Source: Candidatus Woesearchaeota archaeon (GTDB taxonomy: Archaea > Nanobdellota > Nanobdellia > Woesearchaeales > GW2011-AR15). From it: a DNA stretch of 64,000 nucleotides. This document shows, piece after piece, positions 9,651 through 17,896 of this stretch. The stretch covers positions 57,335 through 121,334 of the forward strand of contig JAVZBY010000002.1 of NCBI GenBank assembly GCA_038874655.1, in the 5' to 3' direction. The position numbers and the translations under genes were made by a program. The notes beneath the pieces are model-generated. The model was not told the DNA's origin and made no database searches. It was given only the letters and a program-made list of their open reading frames with translations. The stretch's first letter is position 1. Each line of letters begins with the position of its first letter.

Positions 9651-9830
9651 ACTATATTAAACATATATATGAAACAAACTAATAGTAATCATTTATGAAT
9701 AAAAAAATAAAAAAGAAAAAATTATAAAGAAAAAAAATAAAATCTTATACATTAAAATAGCATTCAAATAAAATCAAGAATAATAAAAAAATTACAACCA
9801 AAAAATCAAATTTCACAAAAGAGGAAAAAA

Positions 9831-10886
9831 ATGTTTTTATTTAAACCGAAAGTTCCAAGAATTGAAGATCAAGAAGAAAAAAAAGAGGAACCTCAACAAG
9901 AAGAAAAATCAGAACAAGTTAATAGTTCTGCTGCTGCTTTATCAGCTGAAATTATAAAATTAAAAGCACAGTTTGATCAATTCTCAGAATTAAGAAAAGT
10001 AATTAATGAGCAGATTGGAGAACTTAGAGGAATGATAATGGATACTAATAGATCAATGCAGGATGTTGAAATTAAAACAGTAAAAGCAGTTGATTTAGTT
10101 GAAGCAGTTCATCCAGATAAATTAATGGTAGAAGTTAGAAAACAAGATGCAAAAATAGAAGCACTAAAAGCAGGAATTGAGAGCAATGATTCAATAATGA
10201 AATCTCTTATGGAGCAATTAAAAGATATGAGACATGAAATTTCAACATTCAGAGGTGTTGAGCAAGTAGTAAAATTAAATGAAGAAGTAAAAAAGGAATT
10301 AATGGATATAAAAAAAATAGAAGCAACAGTTGAAAGACATTCTGATAAAATAGAAGGCATATTCATTGAAACACAAAAAAAATTCCAAGAATTTGATTCA
10401 TTAAATGATAAATTCAAAGAATTGCAAAAACAAGTTTCAAGTTTATTAGAAAATTCTGATCAAGTTAAAGTTAAATTAGCAACAACAGCATCTAAAAAAG
10501 AAGTAGAAGACTTAGTAAATAAGTTTAATGACTTTGAAAAACATGTTGGTAATATTATTGATTTATTAACCAAAAGAACAGATGATACATTAAAAGAAAT
10601 AGATGAAAGATTCAAAAAATTAGAAAATAGCATGAATGATGCATTTGAAAAAAGATTAAAAAGAGCTGAATTAATGAACTCATTAATAGAAAAAATAGAA
10701 AAAGATGCACCAAGAATAGCAAAGGAATTACAAATAAGTGAAAAACTAAAAGAAGTTGAAATAAAAAAGATTGAAAGCCAACCAAGTCAAGAAATTAAAG
10801 AAAATGTCCAAAATGTAGAATCAGAGAAAAAGGGATTTTTCGCAAAACTATTTGGTAAAAAAGAAGAAAAAAAAGATACTAAATAA
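9831..10886 (+). CDS. Coiled-coil protein, acidic N-terminus, function unknown
   Basis: The 351-aa ORF shows a heptad-like E/K/L/I pattern throughout and has AAAGAGGA upstream of the ATG. I recognise no enzymatic motif. Confidence 0.6.
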   Translation: MFLFKPKVPRIEDQEEKKEEPQQEEKSEQVNSSAAALSAEIIKLKAQFDQFSELRKVINEQIGELRGMIMDTNRSMQDVEIKTVKAVDLVEAVHPDKLMVEVRKQDAKIEALKAGIESNDSIMKSLMEQLKDMRHEISTFRGVEQVVKLNEEVKKELMDIKKIEATVERHSDKIEGIFIETQKKFQEFDSLNDKFKELQKQVSSLLENSDQVKVKLATTASKKEVEDLVNKFNDFEKHVGNIIDLLTKRTDDTLKEIDERFKKLENSMNDAFEKRLKRAELMNSLIEKIEKDAPRIAKELQISEKLKEVEIKKIESQPSQEIKENVQNVESEKKGFFAKLFGKKEEKKDTK

Positions 10887-10952
10887 CTAAAAAATTAAAA
10901 CTAAAAAACTTTAGAAAACTATTCCAAATAATAAAATAAAAGAGGTGTTCAA

Positions 10953-11492
10953 ATGGAATTTTTAATTTATATAATTTTAACTTTAAATTTTTCAATAACA
11001 CTTATGAGTTTATTTATTTGTTTTTATCTTTTATATCATTATTTTAAAGATAAGCATAAAAATTATACAATTCATTCATTAATCAAAGGGATTTATATTT
11101 TAACATTTTTTCTTTTTATAGATACGTTATATAATACTTTTTTGAGTTTATCTCAATACGGATATATTAATCAAAAAATTTATTTTTTATTATCTTCATT
11201 TAATTTGCAATTATTTCCTAAAATTGGCTTATTTTTTTCAACAACATATTTAGTATATTTTATTATGGAAAAAAGAATTGATGAAATTAAATCAAAAGAA
11301 GACACATTAAAAGAATTAAAGGAATTAAATCAGCAGTTAGAAAAAAAATTAATAGAAACAGAAAAAGCACAAGAGTTATTAGAAAAAAAGACACAGGAAT
11401 TAGAAAAATATAATGAAATAGCAAAACAAAGAGAGCAAAAAATGTTGGAATTAATGAAAAAAATTGAAAAAATAGAGAAAAAAGTAAAATAA
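10953..11492 (+). CDS. Polytopic membrane protein with a C-terminal coiled coil carrying an LEKYxxIAxxREQKMLEL motif
   Basis: About four hydrophobic segments, then ELEKYNEIAKQREQKMLELMKKIEKIEK (nt ~11396-11460). AGAGGTG lies upstream of the ATG. Confidence 0.65.
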   Translation: MEFLIYIILTLNFSITLMSLFICFYLLYHYFKDKHKNYTIHSLIKGIYILTFFLFIDTLYNTFLSLSQYGYINQKIYFLLSSFNLQLFPKIGLFFSTTYLVYFIMEKRIDEIKSKEDTLKELKELNQQLEKKLIETEKAQELLEKKTQELEKYNEIAKQREQKMLELMKKIEKIEKKVK

Positions 11493-11498
11493 TTATTT

Positions 11499-11696
11499 TT
11501 ATTCTATCTTATTATCATTATTAGAAGGTGATTCACCTTTCCCTTTTTCTCTATAAAGCAATCTTACAGCATACTTTATTACATCTGTTCTTGATGTAAA
11601 ATCTCCATTACTTTCTTTAACTAACTCGTCTATCTTTTTTGTTAGTCCTTCTGGAATTTTAATTGTATCATATTTAGTTCCTGTTTTTTTTCTCAT
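11499..11696 (-). CDS. Ribbon-helix-helix DNA-binding protein
   Basis: KYDTIKIPEGLTKKIDELVKESNGDFTSRTDVIKYAVRLL fits the RHH pattern. Confidence 0.6.
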   Translation of the reverse strand: MRKKTGTKYDTIKIPEGLTKKIDELVKESNGDFTSRTDVIKYAVRLLYREKGKGESPSNNDNKIE

Positions 11697-11895
11697 TTTC
11701 TCACCATTACTATTTTTTAATTTTTAGATTTTAAAAAATAAAATCAAAATACTTAAAGATTTATATTAGATTTATATAAATTATATTTATTAAAAAATTA
11801 ATTATCTTAATAAATTTTTCCTAAAATAATACATATTTTCAATAAAAAATTAGTATTTTTAATTTTAATTAAAAAAATTTAAAATAATAAAAATA

Positions 11896-12045
11896 TTAAA
11901 ACTTTAATGTTCTATTATAATTTATAATACAATGGGTAATATATTCACTTTCATTTTCAAATAAATCTCTATTCATTTCTACAATTCTTCTAACTTTCTC
12001 AACTGTGTTTTTAGGCAATTTAACACTAACAAATTCAAGAGACAT
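11896..12045 (-). CDS. Small ribbon-helix-helix-like protein, 49 aa
   Basis: Too short for the ORF track. My translation is MSLEFVSVKLPKNTVEKVRRIVEMNRDLFENESEYITHCIINYNRTLKF. AGAGGTG sits 5 nt upstream of the ATG on the minus strand. Confidence 0.45.
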   Translation of the reverse strand: MSLEFVSVKLPKNTVEKVRRIVEMNRDLFENESEYITHCIINYNRTLKF

Positions 12046-12226
12046 TATATCACCTCTTTTCTGCTAAACATTTAATAAAAGTTTAATTTATTATTAAAAA
12101 ATTATTAATATTTATATTTTTCTTTTTTTAATTTTCTTCCATTGAATTTTTTTATATTTATTCTTGTTAAATTTATCAATTTTATTGATAAAAATATATA
12201 AAAATTTATTTTTTTATAAAAAAATA

Positions 12227-12234
12227 TTTAAATA
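12227..12234 (+). promoter_or_regulatory. Candidate TATA box (AAAAATATTTAAATAT context)
   Basis: TTTAAATA lies ~90 nt upstream of the 12320 start. The same extended box AAAAATATTTAAATAT recurs at 29731-29746. Confidence 0.3.
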
Positions 12235-12319
12235 TCAAAAATATTGTAAAAAATTGATATTTTAATTAAATAGTTAGCTAATTGAAATTAGGAATTAGTA
12301 ATTTTATTGAGTTGATCAT

Positions 12320-12547
12320 ATGGAAAAACCAAAACCAAAAAAAGAGAGAATTTGGCTTTATATAGATAAAGAAATATTAGATTGGGTTTATCAAAAGATG
12401 AAAGAAAAAGTCTATGCAGATGAATCCCATTGCTTTGAAAAACTAGTTATGGATGAAATTAACAGAGAAAAACAATTGAAAGATCAAAAAGAACTTTTAA
12501 ATCAGAGCAATAAAAATCAAAACTCTAAGAATCTTAAAAAAGATTAA
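12320..12547 (+). CDS. Small putative ribbon-helix-helix protein
   Basis: ERIWLYIDKEILDWVYQKMKEKVYADESHCFEKLVMDEI is compatible with strand-helix-helix. It is the first gene of the KaiC-like cassette. Confidence 0.45.
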   Translation: MEKPKPKKERIWLYIDKEILDWVYQKMKEKVYADESHCFEKLVMDEINREKQLKDQKELLNQSNKNQNSKNLKKD

Positions 12548-12573
12548 ATTAAAAATAAAAAAGAGGTTTAAAA

Positions 12574-13410
12574 ATGAATCAAAATTCAAACAATATTCAA
12601 ATTAATGAATTAAAACAGGGTAATGAAAAATTAATTCCAGAAAAATCAAATGAAAAAAATAAAGAAATTTATTTTCTAACTGGAATTCAAGGTTTTGATG
12701 ATTTAGTAGGAAAAGGATTTCCAAAAGGTTCACAAATTTTAGTTTCTGGCGGCCCTGGAACAATGAAAACAACATTTTGTTTACAAATTCTTACAAACCT
12801 ATCAAAAAAAGGACACAAATGTTTATATCTAACCTTTGAAGAGCCAGAAGAAAATCTGATAAGAAATGTTTCTTCATACGGATGGAACATTCAAGATCTT
12901 ATAAAGAACAAAAAACTAATGATAAAAAGTTTAGACCCATTTAAAATGTCTAGAAATGTTGAAACATTATTAGCACAAGCTCGTGGTGAATTACTAATTG
13001 AGATAAATGAAGCAAAAAATTTATTGCCAAATGACTTTGATCCAGAATTTGTAGTTATTGATTCATTGTCAGCAATTTCAGCAGGTTTTTTCGGAAAAAA
13101 AGAAGGTTATAGGGCATATATGTCACAAATTTTTGACACTTTTAGAAAAATGAAAATTAACACTTTCTTAATCACAGAGATTGAGCATAGCACAACAAGA
13201 TATAGTCAAAGTGGTGTTGAAGAGTTCTTAGCAGATGGAGTGATTGCATTATACAATTTTAGACAAGGGAATCAAAGAATAAATGCAATTGAAATAATAA
13301 AATTAAGAGGAGTAGAGCATAAAAAAAGAATCGTTCCTTTTAAAGCAATTGCAAATCAAGGAATTATAGTTTATCCATTAGAAGAATTATTTATACAAGA
13401 TTCACAATAA
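12574..13410 (+). CDS. Single-domain KaiC/RadA-like (RecA-superfamily) ATPase with a deviant Walker A
   Basis: GIQGFDDLVGKGFPKGSQILVSGGPGTMKTTFCLQ (P-loop at 12748..12771, with M where the GK[ST] glycine is expected). Also LYLTFEEP (catalytic Glu region), Walker B FVVIDSLS and IIKLRGVEH. AGAGG lies upstream of the ATG. Confidence 0.8.
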   Translation: MNQNSNNIQINELKQGNEKLIPEKSNEKNKEIYFLTGIQGFDDLVGKGFPKGSQILVSGGPGTMKTTFCLQILTNLSKKGHKCLYLTFEEPEENLIRNVSSYGWNIQDLIKNKKLMIKSLDPFKMSRNVETLLAQARGELLIEINEAKNLLPNDFDPEFVVIDSLSAISAGFFGKKEGYRAYMSQIFDTFRKMKINTFLITEIEHSTTRYSQSGVEEFLADGVIALYNFRQGNQRINAIEIIKLRGVEHKKRIVPFKAIANQGIIVYPLEELFIQDSQ

Positions 13411-13420
13411 AAAAATAAAA

Positions 13421-16400
13421 ATGAAAAAATACTTTAATCAAAATTATAGAAGATTTATCTTTTTATTATTATTTTTTATATTGATAAATATAGTCTCTTC
13501 TTTACCAGGAAACTTATGTTTTGAAAGTCCATGTATTTGTGGTTCAGCATGTAATTATGGATATGAAATAAATAATGGTTTTAATACAATAGATTCTTGT
13601 CAAGATGGACCAGAATACACATATGAGTATGTTCATGATATTAATATATCAAATCTAAACTTTTCTTATTTTAGAGGAGGAGATATTATAAAAATAGATG
13701 CTTATGTTGATTGTGATCCAGATGGAGATGAAATAACATTTGTTTATCATAATGGAAGTTCTTGGGTTCCTTTTTATAATGCAAATTGTAATGTTAATGG
13801 TAAAACACATATCATAACAACAAAAACTCTTGATAATTTTGAAGGTACTCACACAATTAGGATAACTTTGGCATACAATGGTATTTCAAATATGATATGT
13901 GCTTATAATCATGATTCCTTATACTCAGATACAGATGATATTTCTTTTTATGTTTATGATAAAAATAAAGATTTAGAAAAACCGAAAGTAAATATAATCT
14001 CTCCTGAAAATAGTATTACCTATTTCTATGAAAATAATTTAATAATCAACATAAGTGTTAATATTTCAGATAACATTAAAGTACAAAATGCTTCAGCATT
14101 AATTACATGGGGCTCTAAAAACATGACATTAGATTTAATTAATAGTTCAGGAATATTTAAAGCAAATTTTACAAATACAAGTGATTTTGCTAAATATAAT
14201 TTAACAATAATTGCTTATGACAATTCTTCAAATGTTAATAATACAGAATCTATTATCTTTTTTATTAATAAAACAAAAGATATAAAAATTATAACTCCTA
14301 CTGAAAATAAATTATACCCTTATAAAGACTTTAACATAGAATATATTATAGATAACAATGAAACAAATATTTATTATTCTTGGGTAGAATTAAATTCTGG
14401 TTTAGCAAGCTTTGATGGGAACAATAAAAAAATTTCAGTGGAAGAGCAATCAGATGACTCTGTTAATTGTTATGAGATAAATAATATTTCACAATCTTTT
14501 CAATTAGAAAAAGATACTTATTTATCACAGCTAGAAATAATGCTTAAAAAATCTGGAAACCCTGATAATGCAAAACTAGACATAAAATCAGATCTCAATA
14601 ATGAAGTTTTAGCAACAGGGATAATTGATTTAAATTCAGTTAATCAAGAATTTAATTGGGTTGTTATAGATTTAAACGAAAAAATAAAATTAAATAAAAG
14701 TACAAAATATTGGCTTTTTTTAAATACTACAGAATCAAATATAGATAGTGAAAATTACTATGAATGGATGCTTACATCTAATATTTATCAAAATGGTTCC
14801 TATATAAATAATGTTTCAAAAGATTTACTCTTTATAATATATGATTATTATAGCTTTAACTTGACAGCATCACCATTATCATCAGTAATGGATTTAATTG
14901 TATATGCCGAAACAGACCAAGGTCAATTAAGCTCAAACCTTATAACATTTTATCTTGATGATAATTCTCCAGTAATAAATGAATATAATTTTACACCGAA
15001 TAACTATAAAGATATTGATCCAGGAACCACAATAAATTTTACTGTTAATGCAACTGATAATTTAGAAATTTCTAATGTTTATCTTATTTATAGATTGAAT
15101 GATTTTAATTGGATAGAAAAGATAATGGATTATTCTAATGGTATTTATAAAACAAATTTGACATTAAATCAAACAAATTTAACATTCTTTTTTAGAGCTT
15201 TTGATACAAGTAATAATTTAGTTGAAACTTCTGACACAAAAATAGAGTGTGATTATGAAAATAATTGGTACATTGAACCTTCTAAAATTAATACAACCTC
15301 AGGTTTAATAGGAAAAAATAAATCCTTAGGTATGATAAATATTTACTTAGATTCAGATTATGATCTTGATATTAATGTTTCTTATATTTCTAATTTATCA
15401 ATTCTTTTAAATGGAAGTGATTCTCTCTTATTAAAAATACCTTCTAATAAAAATTCTTCTTTTGAACTAGTTATCTTAAGTTCAAACAAAACATCAAGAG
15501 ATAATGTAATCTTAAATTTTAACTCTTTAAATGATTCAAATCCTAAAAACAATCAGTTAAATTTTACATATGTTTCTTTACTTTCAGGACCATATCTTTT
15601 TTTAGAGATAATAGATTATTATCCAGTAGTTTATCAAGGTGAATATCTAGCAAATCTAAAAGCAAAGTTAATAAATCTAGGAAATGAAACAGCTTACAAT
15701 ATAACTATTAATTGGCTTTTACCTGAGGGAATTATTCCAAAAAGAAATTCAACACAAAAATTTTCAGAACTACAGCCAGGCGGAATTTCTTATATCGTAT
15801 CTCAAATTTCAGCTCAAGTTTCTGAAACAGCATCATTAGGTGTTAAAGAATTGAAAGTTATTGCAAATGCTTCTGATTCATTTGGAAATTATTCAGATGA
15901 GACAATAAAATACATAGAAATAAAATCAAATCAACAACCCATCATTAGTTATTCATCAGGACAAGGTTCAAAATCCGCAGACACTTATATTCCAACAATA
16001 ATTAAAAATGAAGACAATCTAAATATAAATTTAAATAAATTAGAAATTAAAAAATTAATCCCTTATACAACAAATATAACTTTCATAAATAATATCTCAA
16101 ACAAAGACTATATTGTAGAAATTGAAATAGAGGGATTGTTTAAGGCATATTATAACCTATCGGATTATTTATTTTATATTCCAAAAAATAAAGAAAAAAA
16201 AATAAATCTAACAATTAATCTACCTTCATACTATGAATTAGGCATAAAAAAATATAAACTAATAGTTAATCTTTATGACATAAATTCTCTTTATGATATA
16301 AATTATTCATATGATTTAATTAATACTAATGAAACTGATGAAATAAAAAACAAATTAAAAACATTTGACAAAAATAAATTTAGTTTATTAAAACAGATAA

Positions 16401-17863
16401 AAAAAGAATTCGACATAATTGTTTTAGATAACGATGAAAAGATATATTGTTTAAACAATGCATCTGAAAAAATAAATCTTTTAGATATAGATAAAACAGA
16501 TATTAATCAAAAATATCATCAAGCAGAAATAAATTTTAAAAATCAAGAATATGATTTAGTCTTAGAATTTTGTGATTATCTAAACAATTTTATTGACAAA
16601 TATGAAAAAACTAGAAATTCATTAGACTATTTAAAAAATGAGATTAGTCAATTAAAAAAAGAAGGATATAAAACAGAAGAAATTGAAAATTACTATTTAT
16701 TAATAAACGAAACTATCTATAAAGGTAATCTAGAAAAAGCAAATGAACTTTTAGAAAAAACAAATCTACTTAAATCTAATTTGGAACAACCTGCACAAAT
16801 AAAAATAACCAATTTTATTATTAAAAATAAAAATTCTTTGATAATAACAGCTATCTTTTTACCTATATTTATTTTATCACTAAGCAGATTAATTTATCTA
16901 ACAAAAACAGAAACTAAACTAAAAAACTTAGAAAAAGAAAAACAAAAATTATTAGAGTTATTAAAAAAAATGCAAGATTATTATTATGATAAACATTTTT
17001 TAAGTTCAGATTTATATAAAATATCAATCCATAAAATAAGATTTAGATTAGGTCAAATAGAAATTTCTTTGCTAAAATTAAGAAATAAATTAAAAAATAC
17101 TAATTTAACTAAAAATGATATTGAAAACTTGATAAAAGAGATTCAAGAAGACTACTATATCAAAAAAATTATCTCAGAGCAAACATATGAAGATTTAATA
17201 AAATATTATTATAAACAATTAAATGATTTAGAACAAAAAAATAAGTTAGAACAAAAAAATAACTTAATAAATAAAACAATAGAAAAAATAGATAATAAAA
17301 AGATTAGACTAAAATTAACTTCTACAAATAATTCTATTTTATATTCAAAAAAATCAAATAAATATGATAATAAAGAACAAATTAAAACAATACATCCAAG
17401 TAAATATGAAAAAAAAGAAGCATCCTTAAATAATAATACAAAAAAAAATGAAATAAACGAAAAAGAAGAAAAGAATCATTTTTTAAATAATACTTTATAT
17501 AATATCAATGAAACAACAAAGCAAAACTCAAAAAATAATAAATCAGAATTAAACTTAGATAATATAAAAGATAATATAGAAGTTAACATAGACTTTTATA
17601 AAAGATGCGAAAAAAATAAAGCTTTTATTTTAAATAATGGATTAAAATTATATTCAATTTTTGATTTATATGAAAAATTAGTTTTTAATTTAATTGATAA
17701 TCAAACTTTTGAATATCATGTAAATCAGTATAAAAATGATTTTTCAACTTGGATATCAGATGTGTATAACTATAATAAACTGGCTAAAGAAGTAAAAAAA
17801 ATTAATTCAAAAGAACAATTAATAGACTTTTTTAAAAAAATAATCGAATATAATAAAAAATAA
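13421..17863 (+). CDS. 1,480-aa surface protein: signal peptide, Cys-rich head, Ig-like repeats, TM, ~340-aa cytoplasmic coiled coil ending in an HVNxxKNDFxxW module
   Basis: FIFLLLFFILINIVSS signal. Head motif CFESPCICGSACNYGYE..DCDPDGDE. Ig-like repeats (LEKPKVNIISPENS.., NSPVINEYNFTPNN..). TM LIITAIFLPIFILSLSRLIYL near aa 1139. The C-terminal module is at nt ~17621-17860. Confidence 0.75.
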   Translation: MKKYFNQNYRRFIFLLLFFILINIVSSLPGNLCFESPCICGSACNYGYEINNGFNTIDSCQDGPEYTYEYVHDINISNLNFSYFRGGDIIKIDAYVDCDPDGDEITFVYHNGSSWVPFYNANCNVNGKTHIITTKTLDNFEGTHTIRITLAYNGISNMICAYNHDSLYSDTDDISFYVYDKNKDLEKPKVNIISPENSITYFYENNLIINISVNISDNIKVQNASALITWGSKNMTLDLINSSGIFKANFTNTSDFAKYNLTIIAYDNSSNVNNTESIIFFINKTKDIKIITPTENKLYPYKDFNIEYIIDNNETNIYYSWVELNSGLASFDGNNKKISVEEQSDDSVNCYEINNISQSFQLEKDTYLSQLEIMLKKSGNPDNAKLDIKSDLNNEVLATGIIDLNSVNQEFNWVVIDLNEKIKLNKSTKYWLFLNTTESNIDSENYYEWMLTSNIYQNGSYINNVSKDLLFIIYDYYSFNLTASPLSSVMDLIVYAETDQGQLSSNLITFYLDDNSPVINEYNFTPNNYKDIDPGTTINFTVNATDNLEISNVYLIYRLNDFNWIEKIMDYSNGIYKTNLTLNQTNLTFFFRAFDTSNNLVETSDTKIECDYENNWYIEPSKINTTSGLIGKNKSLGMINIYLDSDYDLDINVSYISNLSILLNGSDSLLLKIPSNKNSSFELVILSSNKTSRDNVILNFNSLNDSNPKNNQLNFTYVSLLSGPYLFLEIIDYYPVVYQGEYLANLKAKLINLGNETAYNITINWLLPEGIIPKRNSTQKFSELQPGGISYIVSQISAQVSETASLGVKELKVIANASDSFGNYSDETIKYIEIKSNQQPIISYSSGQGSKSADTYIPTIIKNEDNLNINLNKLEIKKLIPYTTNITFINNISNKDYIVEIEIEGLFKAYYNLSDYLFYIPKNKEKKINLTINLPSYYELGIKKYKLIVNLYDINSLYDINYSYDLINTNETDEIKNKLKTFDKNKFSLLKQIKKEFDIIVLDNDEKIYCLNNASEKINLLDIDKTDINQKYHQAEINFKNQEYDLVLEFCDYLNNFIDKYEKTRNSLDYLKNEISQLKKEGYKTEEIENYYLLINETIYKGNLEKANELLEKTNLLKSNLEQPAQIKITNFIIKNKNSLIITAIFLPIFILSLSRLIYLTKTETKLKNLEKEKQKLLELLKKMQDYYYDKHFLSSDLYKISIHKIRFRLGQIEISLLKLRNKLKNTNLTKNDIENLIKEIQEDYYIKKIISEQTYEDLIKYYYKQLNDLEQKNKLEQKNNLINKTIEKIDNKKIRLKLTSTNNSILYSKKSNKYDNKEQIKTIHPSKYEKKEASLNNNTKKNEINEKEEKNHFLNNTLYNINETTKQNSKNNKSELNLDNIKDNIEVNIDFYKRCEKNKAFILNNGLKLYSIFDLYEKLVFNLIDNQTFEYHVNQYKNDFSTWISDVYNYNKLAKEVKKINSKEQLIDFFKKIIEYNKK
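17621..17860 (+). other. HVNxxKNDFxxWIxD module, copy 3
   Basis: AFILNNGLKLYSIFDLYEKLVFNLIDNQTFEYHVNQYKNDFSTWISDVYNYNKLAKEVKKINSKEQ. Confidence 0.85.
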
Positions 17864-17896
17864 AAAAATCAAATTATAAAATAGTGAAAATTAAAA

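Noticed and set aside
3899-10417. Antisense or alternate-frame ORFs 3899-4153, 5935-6129, 8085-8474, 8144-8326, 9413-9664 and 10109-10417
   Set aside because: They are embedded in longer, motif-bearing plus-strand genes. Their translations are Ser/Phe/Leu-rich mirror images of Lys/Glu/Asn-rich coding sequence.
1283-11492. Integrated virus or plasmid (FtsK/HerA-type packaging ATPase plus many RHH genes)
   Set aside because: No integrase, capsid-like, replication or att-like features were recognised. The ATPase has a large glycosylation-sequon-rich ectodomain, which does not fit a packaging enzyme. Composition is uniform with the flanks.
9831-13410. Archaellum or type IV pilus locus (KaiC-like protein as ArlH/FlaH, coiled-coil protein as ArlC/D/E)
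   Set aside because: The window has no ArlI/ArlJ-type ATPase or platform protein, no prepilin peptidase, and no class III (prepilin-like) signal peptides on the small secreted proteins.
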